Positions 21,675 to 33,114 of a stretch of DNA of 40,375 bases are shown in pieces. The notes below the pieces were generated by a model. The model did not search any database. It was not told the origin of the DNA and worked only from the letters and a program-made list of their open reading frames with translations. Position 1 is the first letter of the stretch, and each line of letters starts with the position of its first letter. The stretch lies in NCBI RefSeq assembly GCF_001194135.2, contig NC_068982.1, positions 186,299,874 through 186,340,248 on the forward strand, read 5' to 3'. A program made the position numbers and the translations under genes. Origin of the DNA: Octopus bimaculoides. Its lineage: Eukaryota.

Positions 21675-22090
21675 GAACGTAAAGACGGACGCAATACCGC
21701 TAAGCCTTCCTTTCTTCTCTTAGGCACCAGGCCCGAAACTTTTTGAGTAGGGGGCCAGTCAATTAGATCGATCCCAGTACGCAACAGGTACTTATTTAAT
21801 CGACGCCGAAAGGATGAAAAGCAAAGTCGACCTCGGCGGAATTTGAACTCAGAACGTAAAGACGGACGCAATACCGCTAAGCCTTCCTTTCTTCTCTTAG
21901 GCACCAGGCCCGAAACTTTGTGGGAGGGGACCAGTCGATTAGATCGATCCTAGTAGCACAACTGGTACTTAATTTATCGACCCCGAAAGGATGAAAGGCA
22001 AAGTCAACTTCGGCGGAATTCGAACTCAGAACGTAAAGACAGACGAAATACAGCAAAGCGTGCTAATGATTCTGCCAGCTCGCCACCTTT
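21675..22090 (-). mobile_element. Tandem array of family C SINE units (~177-bp period)
   Basis: GAACGTAAAGAC recurs at 21675, 21852 and 22029. Confidence 0.85.
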
Positions 22091-22389
22091 TAGCATGCAA
22101 ATACTGAGTTAAAAATTCCTTTGGGTAGAAAAGATCAATGTTACTGTTTCCAGAAGATGTTGGTTCGAATTTCACAGGCAGACTTCGACGTTTTCAATCT
22201 CAAGGGATTTTAAACCCAATATTTACATGTTATTATTTATAGCTTTATCTACTTCGAGTTCTACGGTTAAAAACGAACGATTTAGTATATTTCAGTAGAA
22301 TCATCAACGTACAGAGGCAGGAAGCAACGAATCCCTCTAATCTAGTACTCACCATCTGAGAATCCTTTGTTGTGTTTGTTTGTAATGGG

Positions 22390-22620
22390 TGAAGCCCTCT
22401 TGTTCAGGGAACATCTTACTACCGGAGCCTTCCAGTCATCTCCGTGAAATGCCAAGTCCCAAGCCTTACCCCAGCTTTTGCAATCACTCGTGAGATCTTC
22501 CTTCACCGCTGCCGACCATTTCTTCTTCGGACGCCCTTTCTTCCAGGACATGGCTACCTTTGACAGAGCTCGATGTGGACCGAATGAAGTGAAAAAAATG
22601 TGAGGTAGGAATGACAGCAC
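22390..22620 (-). mobile_element. RTE-type LINE C-terminal remnant
   Basis: KKGRPKKKWSAAVKEDL...WGKAWDLAFHGDDWKAPV matches the RGRP..W...D / A.DR..WR pattern at RTE ORF ends. Confidence 0.6.
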
Positions 22621-23147
22621 TAAGGCTAACTGGAGTATCTTTGTATTTGATACCTACAAGCACCATCCTTCAGTGGTCAACATAGCTATCTATCTTTGGT
22701 ATGGACATACATTGCGCATCACTGAGGCCACATCCAGTGAATTGTCACAGGAACCATTCAAGGCTATTCTAATTGATTTCTCCAAAATCTGCCAATATAA
22801 CGAATTCGCTTCAGCTCTCCTCTGTGTAAAGGCCCCAAACTACAACAACACTGCTGATCAAAGGAAGTATAAGCGGCAGAAATAGGGTCAGCTGATTGTA
22901 CAAAGAGACTCCTTTTTGTGGAGCAGGATGTCGATCCGTCGCAGGGTTAAAATATCCCCCCATATTGCAGGAACTAAGTTTCAGCTGAGTAAATTGAAGT
23001 AACGCGAAATGAAATGGTTTGACCGAGAACAGAACCTACAACCTCACGATCGTGAGCTTAACACCGAAGTCGTCTGGACAGGCGCCTACAGACGGACTGA
23101 TGATGGTGAACAGACAGAAACCTCGAACGAACTCGATTTTAACCACA

Positions 23148-23376
23148 TTCTTTTATCTGTTTCAGTCATTTGAATGCGGCCATGCTGGAGCACCGCTTTT
23201 AGTTGAGCAAATCGACCCCAGGGCTTATTCTTTGTAAACCTAGTACTTATTCTATCGGTCTCTCTTGCGGAACCGCTAAGTGACAGGGACGTAAACACAC
23301 CAACATCGGTTGTCAAGCGATGTTGGGGGAGAAACACAGACAGACAGACACACACGCACACACACACACACACATA
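23148..23376 (-). mobile_element. Family B SINE 3' half
   Basis: TTTCAGTCATTTGAATGCGGCCATGCTGGAGCACCG...GTTGTCAAGCGATGTTGGGGG. Confidence 0.85.
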
Positions 23377-24733
23377 TACTAGCTGGTGTACCCGTTAATT
23401 TCCGGGGGTAGAGATGTTCTATTGAAACGCCTTATTACTCTGATATAAGAAAGCNNNNNNNNNNNNNNNNNNNNNNNNNNNNNNNNNNNNNNNNNNNNNN
23501 NNNNNNNNNNNNNNNNNNNNNNNNNNNNNNNNNNNNNNNNNNNNNNNNNNNNNNNNNNNNNNNNNNNNNNNNNNNNNNNNNNNNNNNNNNNNNNNNNNNN
23601 NNNNNNNNNNNNNNNNNNNNNNNNNNNNNNNNNNNNNNNNNNNNNNNNNNNNNNNNNNNNNNNNNNNNNNNNNNNNNNNNNNNNNNNNNNNNNNNNNNNN
23701 NNNNNNNNNNNNNNNNNNNNNNNNNNNNNNNNNNNNNNNNNNNNNNNNNNNNNNNNNNNNNNNNNNNNNNNNNNNNNNNNNNNNNNNNNNNNNNNNNNNN
23801 NNNNNNNNNNNNNNNNNNNNNNNNNNNNNNNNNNNNNNNNNNNNNNNNNNNNNNNNNNNNNNNNNNNNNNNNNNNNATTCACAGAAAAACTATTGTTTTA
23901 CTGTGAGAAAAGCGCTGTTGAAGTGTTGAAATTTGGCAATCGAGGATTGAATCCACGCTCTGCCTGCATGAAGCCACTACAAATACGTTGTGGAATAAAA
24001 AATTTATCTCCTGTCATGGAAAAAGTGTAACTCTAAAAATGCAGAATTATCGGAGTAATGGGCACTCAAAAAAGTATGTATGTATAGAAATGTATGAATG
24101 AAGTCTTTAATGTTTAAAATTCAAATTAAGGAAGTGCAATAATAATGTTTAGCAGTTCAAAACTGTGAGTAGTGAAATGCAGAATTAGGTCGGTTGATCG
24201 TGAGTATCAAATATTGATCGCTTCGCAAAAATCTGCAGGTAGTATGGGTTATTTTCCTTGGGTTGTTTAAATAAAATATTAGTAATATGTAGTAGATAGA
24301 AGGATCCATTGGAAGGGCCCTATTATCGATTTCTCCAACAATCTAAGTATGTCACGAAGTTTCCATAATGAGTTCTACTCAGGTGTCAAATAAAGTATGA
24401 AAGTGATATTGTCCGCAAAAATTAGAAATAGGACACACGAAAAATCGTATTTAAAGTAATTGAACATAAACAATGAAATGGGTTAGTTCCTTTGTACAGG
24501 TGCTATGGGTTATTTCCCTTAGATGTTTAAAAAAATTTGTTATATGAGGTAGATATAAAAATCCCTTCCAGGGACCGTATTATCGATTTTTTCAACAATC
24601 TAAGATGTCACGAGGTTTCCAGACATGAGTTCTACTCACGTGTCAAGTTTCATCAAAACCAATAAAACGATGTAAGAGGACTTAGCTAACAACGTCACAA
24701 ACAAACACACCGATTTTTCACATATGTAGTAGG

Positions 24734-24735
<2 letters not shown>
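23377..24735 (+). mobile_element. Non-autonomous Helitron-like element (partly in gap)
   Basis: Begins TACTAGCTGGTGTACCCG and ends with CAAGTTTCATCAAAA...ACAAACAAACAC...TAGTAG, resembling Lep1-type Helitron termini (recalled, not searched). Confidence 0.45.
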
Positions 24736-24784
<49 letters not shown>

Positions 24785-24785
24785 A
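24736..24785. repeat. (ATCT)n microsatellite
   Basis: Directly visible. A (TA)n run lies at ~24980-25015. Confidence 0.97.
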
Positions 24786-24789
24786 GCCG

Positions 24790-24975
24790 CCATGACTGGC
24801 CGCTAGCTCCAAAAGCTTTTCTATTCTCTCTCTGTTTAATTCTCTGTGTTACTTTCTGTTGAAGAGCGTGGGCTCGAAACGTAAAAGACTTTCTCACCTT
24901 TCCGAGCGTTAAACTAATGCACCTGTTTGTTGTTTATACACCTGTCTTCATCTTTTGTTTTTCTGTAAATTTCAA

Positions 24976-24978
<3 letters not shown>
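24790..24978 (+). mobile_element. Family E repeat with hammerhead-like motif at 24852-24887
   Basis: CTTT-CTGTTGA-A-GAGC-GTGG-GCTC-GAAA-CGTA-AAAG. A second, degenerate copy lies on the minus strand at ~27200-27345. Confidence 0.6.
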
Positions 24979-25018
<40 letters not shown>

Positions 25019-25592
25019 ACTAGCAATTTGTGTAACGAACTTAATGCAAAATACATCACGGAAAGCCAATTTGACTGTGGAATTCGTCCGGAGATACCTT
25101 TTAAGGATGTACTGAGTTAAATAATAGAAAAATATATTAGCAGTAGATGGAAATCGTCCAGCAGCAGTGACAGAAATGCTACATGCGTATTTCTGTAATT
25201 TTATGCATCATCAACAGCACGTATCCAGTGGCAACCGCATACAAAGACAAAATCCGTTGCCACTGACCTTGAAAAACTAAATCTTTCATTTATTTCTCAT
25301 TTTAGAAATATAATGTCAATTTATCAATAAGGTCAAATCCTCATTATTTTCTTCGTTAAAAAATCTCTGATGTCTGCAATTATATACTTGTGGTTTAACA
25401 AAGCAACCAATGGTTTCATGTGAATAGATCTTCACAATTGTTCAAGCTTGTCACATAGAAGTGTTGGTACTCGTTTCCATTTTGGATGAGAATACACGAG
25501 ATTACACGAAACCGAGGAGGCTTTCGAAGTAAACACACTAATCACAGGAGGTAACTTATAAGAATATTTTATCTGCCCTGGGTTTGTCCTTG

Positions 25593-25624
<32 letters not shown>

Positions 25625-27199
25625 CACAATATCGACACGCCTATCGGATGTTATACATTGCTCGTCACAATGCACTTCACATCGTTTTAGCTTTCGAATG
25701 ATGCCATCCTGTTGACTAGATGAGAAGGCTATTCCATTGCAGGGTGACCCATTTACAGCCGAGGGAACTGGAGCAACGGGAAATTAAGTGTTTTGCTCAA
25801 GAATACAACGCACCACCCGATACAGAAATCGAAATCGTGATTTAGTGATCGTGAATGCAACACCCTAACCATTAGGCCACGCGCTTATATATAATTTGTC
25901 TGTGTTGTTCAAATATGTGGGGGTTTTTTTAACTTGTGCAAATTACCTTGGCCATAAATGTCTTCAATTCTTTTTGTTTATGGCTAAATCCCTTTCTTGC
26001 CGGAAATAAGGTCGGACAATTGTCGTTTTGATGACTGCAATTGAGGCAGAACCACCTATCCACGGCTGTCGTCTTATCTCCGTACAATAAGCATGTCCTT
26101 TTTGCTCAATGACATGTCAGTTTTGGAGAATTCTTGATTATTTGATGTTCTCATCTCATATGGGGCTGATCTTAATTACAGTTTGGTAATTATGACGCAT
26201 CCTCTAGAGGTGGAGATAATTTTAATGACTCAAGAATTTATGCTGTATGGCATTTGATATACCTGTAATTCTGTGTGTGTGTGTGTATGTATTTTATGTA
26301 TGTATATAACACACACACACACATAATTTTGCCGTATTTGGTCATTGTGGAAAAGATAATCTCGAGGAACTTTGATATTGTGAGGAACAAAAATTAGAAA
26401 ATAAATTAGTTTCTACTGACTTAGCTCAATAAATTACAAAAAAAAGAAAAAAAAAACATGACGTACACAACTGACCCAGGAAATTAACAGCGTTCGTGAA
26501 GGAAATTCGAAACCGAGATGCTTGTCTTCGCCAGTCTGAAGATTCTCTTCTTTCTTCGCAACATTTGTCATTAGATTATTTTAATAAGGAATATTTTTAT
26601 AATATCAGCAGCGTCGACAGCCAACGGAAGTATAGCATTTCATAGTATAACCTTTCGTACCTCATTTGTCAAGAGTGTGTGTCAGTGAAAGTGAGAAAGG
26701 AGGGAGCAAAGATGGCCGCCGAACACACATCATTATTATTAGAGAAGGTGGGGGAGGAGTAAGAGAGAAGCTTAATGGTGAATGTGTTTGATTACAAGCA
26801 GTTTGTCAGATTCATTCCAAATGATTGATACAATCTGCCGTGAAGATATTAATTTCAAGTGTTGACACAGCACACTGAAACTTCACCATCGTCAAAAATA
26901 TGACGATGTCCATATGTTTATAAATCTATCCTAAAAATAGTGTGTCTATAACTTTTAAAAGATGCCAGCCCTGCCTGTCGACATGTTCTCATTGTATAAA
27001 ATATTATAGAAGTCGAAAGAAGCAATGTTTTCATTGTATATGATACCATAGGGGAAGAAAGCGAGGTTTTCATTGTATATTAAACGAAGAAAGTAACGTT
27101 TTCAGAAAATGTTAATTTGGCCTTCTTGACACACACACACACACACACACTCTCTGTCTGTCTGTCTCTCCCCCTCTCTCTCTCTCACACACACACGCT

Positions 27200-27345
27200 T
27201 CAAATTAAACAGAAGATAGGTAGGTGAGGGAATAATGAACAAGGTGTATTAGTTTGGCGCTCAGGAATAAAATGGAAGAGTTTTTGACGTTTCGAGCCTA
27301 CGTTTTTGTACAGAAAGGAAAGAGGAAAGAAAAGAATGAAGAGAG
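27200..27345 (-). mobile_element. Family E repeat, degenerate copy
   Basis: Reverse complement reads CTTTCTGTACAAAAACGTAGGCTCGAAACGTCAAAAACTC...GAGCGCCAAACTAATACACCT, collinear with 24852-24935. Confidence 0.6.
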
Positions 27346-27365
27346 AAAAAAAGAAACGAAGAGAG

Positions 27366-27418
<53 letters not shown>

Positions 27419-27909
27419 ATGAAAGGCAAAAGGATCAAGTTAAATAAATCGAAGCAAATCAACAGCGAAGCACGCCGTTTAATTTAGTTAAAACTCGGGG
27501 AAACTCAGGTAAGTTAACCATTCGAATTTGTAGTTAAGGCTAAATTGAACTGAAATTTCTCAGAACTCCAGTAATCCGTAAATTGAGAAGTATCCGAGGA
27601 ATTATTGGTACGTTTAATGTGGCGTAAATATAACAATAAAGATGAAACGAATGGGTTATTTGGGTATTACTAAACGTGTTTCAGTAGCGAAAGATTTTAT
27701 TAACACTTTACTCCATACAACTTAGATTATATGCGATTATGCAATAATGCATTGACATGAAATTGTCACTTTGTCGAGTAAAACTCTCAAAGAGGTTTAT
27801 AAGGCGATATGCACCAAATTGAATCTTGGTAGCGAATGAAATTATCAAGTGACGGATAAATATACGATTTAAGTTAATTAGCGAATCACTTCACTTCAAA
27901 AATATCATA

Positions 27910-28335
27910 TACCATAAATCCTCAAGTATAATACGCACTTTTTTTTTCCAAAAAGGTCTAAATTTCTAGTGTGTAGTATATACGAGGTTAAAAATGAAAA
28001 ATATTTTCTAAGCAAAATTTTCTAAGTGATAAATATGTAAAGGCAATTTACTTAATACTTATCTTTCACTGACGTTATTACTGTTATTTCTTTATTTTCT
28101 GCTAACAAAGTGCACAAAATAGCTGCACGTTTGCAGTATGTTATATATACAATTATAATAAAGGACGTTACCGTATATACGTTTACAAACCAAGGACGTT
28201 ATATAGACCTCTTTGACTCAAGTTAGAGAAGGAGTGCGTATTATACACAAGGTTTAGGTTTTTCATAGGTACAGCCCCCTAAAAATCCCCTACGTATTAT
28301 ACTCAAGGGCGGACTATACTCGAGGATTTACGGTA
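27910..28335. mobile_element. TA-flanked Tc1/mariner-superfamily MITE (Tc2-like termini)
   Basis: TA-CCATAAATCCTCAAGTATA ... TATACTCGAGGATTTACGG-TA, with subterminal GTATTATAC repeats. Confidence 0.8.
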
Positions 28336-28540
28336 CTACAAGATTCCATTTAATGCATATCACCTTGTAAGACCCCTCATAAAATTTTGCCTGACGAAGA
28401 AGCAATCTTATGTTAGTAGACTATTGTATAATCTTATATAACCTCGCATGTTATCGCATGTTAGGCCATTCGATCTGATGCGATGTGCTGGTAAATATTT
28501 GCTATTGAGACACGTGTAACAGTACCCAAATTATTCATTT

Positions 28541-29343
28541 GGTATCTTTTTGGTTTGACGGGCAACATTTTTCATTAATGTTTTATGTAGTGTTTTTGGT
28601 ACCGAAACACTTTCAAATTTCGTATACTTGTATATTTTGTATTATAGAACAGATAAAAATTTTTGTATTCGAAGTTATTTCATGTAAAAAGTTGTCGTAT
28701 TTCGGTAATTTCAACCAATCACTGACGTCTATCGAGGTGAAAACAATTACTGCCGTAAGAATGTAAACAACATTTTCTAACGGTGTTACGGGATCTTTTC
28801 CCTTGAATAAAATTAGTGCCGTTGTTTGTCAACAACTATCCGTGTTACTGTTATTTATGACATCGTTCGTGCGTTTGTACTGGTTTTAGCTTTAGGGTTT
28901 TAGGGTTAGGGTTCGGGTTTTAGAGTTAGGGTTAGTTTTAGGATTACGGTTAGGGTTATGATTATTTTTGCCATAACCTCACTCATAACCCTAACCCTAA
29001 CCCTAACCCCAACTATAACCCTAAAACCCTAACCCTAACTCTAAACCCGAACCCTAACCCAAACGCACGAACGATGTTATAAATAACTACCGCCGATAGT
29101 TACCGTTAGAATATGTTGTTTACATTCTTACGGCAGTAACTGTATTCAGCTGAATAGACGTCAGTGATTGGTTGAAATTACACAAATACGACAACTTTAA
29201 CATGAAATAACTTATTAAGAACTAATTTTTGTTAAGAAGGCTAAGAGAAAAAGATGTCTTATATGACACATTCTACCAGTATCCCAAGTTTGAAAGTGTT
29301 TCGTTAAGAAAACAACTGTTGCCCGTCAAACCAAAAAGATCCT
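28541..29343. mobile_element. Fold-back DNA element with 6-bp TSD and telomere-like centre
   Basis: TIR GG(T)ATCTTTTTGGTTTGACGGGCAACA, flanking TCATTT on both sides, long subterminal inverted arms, and a TTAGGG-like then CCCTAA-like centre. Confidence 0.85.
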
Positions 29344-29384
29344 TCATTTGTTTCATATTTTTAATTGACTAATAATTAAATAAT

Positions 29385-29720
29385 TATTTCTACTGTAGGC
29401 ACAAGGCCTTGAAATTTTTTGGGGAAAGGGGCTAGTCGATTACATCAACCCCAGTGCGTAACTGGGATGAAAGGCAAAGTCGACCTCGGCGGAATTTGAA
29501 CTCAGAACGTAGCGGCAGGCGAAATACCGCTTTGCATTTCGCCCGGCGTGTTAACGTTTCTGCCAGCTCACTGCTTTTAATCTATTCTGCTCTAGGCACA
29601 AGGCTCGAAATTTTGGGGGAGGGGGCCAGTCGATTAAATCAAACCCAATACGCAACTGGTACTTAATTTATCGACCCTGAAAGGATGAAAGGCAAAGTCG
29701 ACCTCGGTGAAATTTGAACA
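29385..29720 (-). mobile_element. Two tandem family C SINEs
   Basis: TAGGCACAAGG...GATGAAAGGCAAAGTCGACCTCGG occurs twice. Confidence 0.8.
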
Positions 29721-29824
29721 AATGCACGATATACTGTTAGCATTCACGTGCAATAAATTGTTTATACAATATGCAAAATATTTTGACAATTTTTAAATAC
29801 AATTCTAAAAAAGAAAAAGAAGAA

Positions 29825-30152
29825 GGACATCCTTCGGTCATGAATGACCACGGGTTTGCACCTAGAAAGTTACCTTCCTTTGCAGAAGTCCGGGCAAGGC
29901 TGTTTATGGAAGGCCCACAGTCACCCACGCGTACCAGCCTTCTCATCTCCATGCAACTGATATTGTCCAAGGGAAAGGCTGATACAGCTTGGCACCAGTG
30001 ACGCCGCAACTCATTTCTACAGATAAGTGAACTGAAGCAATGTGAAATAAAGTGTCTTGCTCAAGAATGCAATTCACAGCCCGGTCCGGGAATCGAGCTT
30101 ACTACCTCATGATTGGGAGCCCGACGCTCTAACCACCGAGCCATGCGCCTTA
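29825..30152 (-). mobile_element. Family G tRNA-headed SINE
   Basis: Minus strand GGCGCATGGCTCGGTGGTTAGAG...TCGATTCCCGGACCGG...CTTGAGCAAGACACTTT. Related copies at ~22880-23065, 25655-25887 and 35822-35948 (all minus). Confidence 0.8.
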
Positions 30153-30923
30153 ATAATATTTAATTATTGAAATATAAGATTTTTCTTTAAACATTGAATG
30201 GCTATGAGGATCCACCCGCGTAAAATAGAAACCAAAGGGGTCAACAAGTAAAACCAAATGGTTAAGAACCACCAACATAGGGGACTCGGAATGATTTTAA
30301 TTATTTATTTATTATTTTTTTTGCGACTTTTTCTTTTGAAGAAAACATGTAATCAAATACGATATATTGCGTAGATGCGGCAGAAAATACAACACAAAAC
30401 AAAACAAAAAAAAAAAGCCTACATTTTGCAGTTTGATAAACGTTTTAACAGAAAATGCACTTATGTACCTGTCAACGCCATGATGGTTACTGAAAAGGTA
30501 AAACAATAATAAAACATCATCTCTATGTAGATACCATTACCACCTGTCTAACTTCACTTGCTGTACACCAATGGCAGAGTTTTTCTTTTTTGTTGCATCT
30601 TGTATTACCAGAGTGTACGAGAAAACATTCAGTCTTGTTAGTGAAAGAGACAGAAAGAGGCAGGTTTTTAAAATAACTCGTATTATTCGTTGAGTTATAT
30701 TATATGCTTAATTATATCATAACAACGGTTTGGCGTTGTTATGATAATTTTATCAAAATAATGTTAATTATTAATAAAATATTATTTATAAGATTCCAGA
30801 GATTGTTTTTTTTTTCTCTCAGATAGAAACCGAGCAAATTTCAAGTGTTTTGGAAACAAGCCATCTCTTTTATCTAAATGACGTTTAGTGAATATTTTAT
30901 ATACGCAGTAGGGTGGCCAGAGT

Positions 30924-31481
30924 GGAGGCGCAATGGCCCAGTGGTTAGCGGACGCGCGGTTGTAGGATCGCGGNNNNNNNNNNNNNNNNNNNNNNNNNNN
31001 NNNNNNNNNNNNNNNNNNNNNNNNNNNNNNNNNNNNNNNNNNNNNNNNNNNNNNNNNNNNNNNNNNNNNNNNNNNNNNNNNNNNNNNNNNNNNNNNNNNN
31101 NNNNNNNNNNNNNNNNNNNNNNNNNNNNNNNNNNNNNNNNNNNNNNNNNNNNNNNNNNNNNGCAACCGACGGCACCCTGGGCAGGTGTCTTCTACCATAG
31201 CCTCGGGCCAGCTAAAAGCCTTGTGAATGGATTTGGAAGACGGAAACTGTGTGCGTATCTTTGTTTATATTTATCCCCCCCTCACCGCCGCTGCATCGAT
31301 TGACAACCGGTGTTGGTTTGTTTACGTCCACCGATTTAACGGTTCGGTTAAAGCGATGGATCGAATACGTACCAGACTTAAAAAAAAAAAAAGGTACTAG
31401 GGTCGATTTGTTCGATTAAAACCTTGCATGACTGTACTCCAGCATGGCCACAGTCCATTGACTGAAACAAAAAATTAAAAA
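30924..31481 (+). mobile_element. tRNA-headed SINE(s) spanning a gap (F-type head, B-type body)
   Basis: GGAGGCGCAATGGCCCAGTGGTTAG head before the gap; GGCACCCTGGGCAGG...ACTGAAACAA body after it. May be two elements. Confidence 0.7.
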
Positions 31482-32889
31482 GTTACATGTGATATATTAT
31501 TACGTGTTCTTCTGCTGAAAGGTGGGGGGAGGAGAGAGAGAGAGAGAGAAATGGAGAGAGAGAGAAGGAGAGAGAGAGAAGGAGAGAGAGGGGGAGAGAT
31601 AAAAGTCATCTCACCCTCTTATCTCCCAAGAATCTGAAAAAATAAGGGATTTCCCCCGTTTAATATGGCGTGAATACAGTTGAAACTTATTAACAATGGA
31701 GTTGCTTTCTCTTTAGATCTGTTTTTAGCCGCAAATCTAAACATGGCGTCCCAACCATGACCGTCCCCACCGTCCTTTTGTATATCAAGGATTACATTGA
31801 CCTATGTTGTCATTTAATCACTGATCTGCTACAACAATAACAGCAATTACTACTACTACTACTACTACTACTACTATTCTTTTCTACTCTAGGCACAAAG
31901 CCCGAAGTTTTGGGGTTATTTAATTTATCGACCCCGAAAGGTTGAAAGATAAAGTCGACCTCGGCGGAATTTGAACTCAGAACGTAAAGACAGACGAAAT
32001 ACCGCTAAGCATTTCGTCCGGCGTGCTATCGTCTCTGCCAGCTCACCGCCTTAATGACTGAAACAATTAAAAGATAAAAGATATAGGCATACATGAACAT
32101 ATACCACTCATATATTCGCAAACAACTTCAAGCACATATATGCACGTGCATACCCTCGTGCATACACACACTCACACATTGCCACACTGGCCAAGCAATA
32201 TAGGAAGTTGAAGGAAAACGCTAGAGAAATGCAAGCCAAACCACAACGGAAGCAGAAGATGCAGCTTATGTTTAGCAATTTAACGGAAAAGTGACGAATA
32301 GTTGAGAACCGTCTTACTCCAGGGATATGCTAAACCAGAGACATTTACTCCTTGTTTGCACGAGTAGATGTACATTCTCTGATACTGGTGCAAGCAACCA
32401 CGAAAGTCAATACCAAAAACTCCTTCCCTGTTCACTGCTTCTCGCGATCAACCCCATTCCAGTTTTCCATCTTTTTTACTTCTTACACTTTTGTATCACC
32501 GCTCTCTGTTCAGTTACGTTCTTCCCTGTCTTGCTTTTCTTATATTTTTTGCCCTTGTCTCCTTTCTCCTTTCTCCTTTTTGAACTTGATTTCAAAGCCG
32601 ACCTTTTCTTCTGGAAATGGGGGGCGGGGAAACCCAAATCATTTCGATACTCGGTCATGAGTTAGTGCTCCCACACTTAAATCGCAACTGCAAGCGGTAG
32701 TCGATAGATGATGGTGATGATGATTATGATGAAGTTGTCGCCGACGATGACGACGCCGATAGTGGCGGTGATGATGATGATGATGATGATGATAATGACA
32801 TTCGCGGTGGTTATGAGGTGATGCAACGAAATATTTTCTACCTGTTTGCCCTGTGTTATTCCAGCGATGTGTGCGACAGAAGAATCCTC

Positions 32890-32932
32890 ACACACATCAA
32901 GATATGCACACATATATACTCATACACACGCA

Positions 32933-32975
<43 letters not shown>

Positions 32976-33114
32976 TCACACACATACATACATGCGTACA
33001 TTTATACATACATATATATATATATACTTACACACTCAAACACACACATCAAGATGTGCACATATCTTATGTGTATATTCACACGCACGCATATATATAT
33101 ATATATATATATAT
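32890..33114. repeat. (TA)/(CA)-rich low-complexity block
   Basis: Directly visible. It produces the spurious IYIY/HT ORFs. Confidence 0.95.

Noticed and set aside
23093-23125. CTGATGA...GAAA as another hammerhead
   Set aside because: No stem II or stem I pairing around the boxes.
25227-25266. CAGTGGCAAC/GTTGCCACTG 10-bp inverted repeat
   Set aside because: Isolated, with no TSD, second copy or associated element found.
28882-29060. Head-to-head TTAGGG/CCCTAA as a telomere fusion site
   Set aside because: The symmetry is part of the inverted arms of a TSD-flanked mobile element that has a second copy in the window.
31660-31800. ATGGCG motifs as a second promoter
   Set aside because: Short motifs expected by chance; the adjacent sequence looks like a repeat fragment beside microsatellites.
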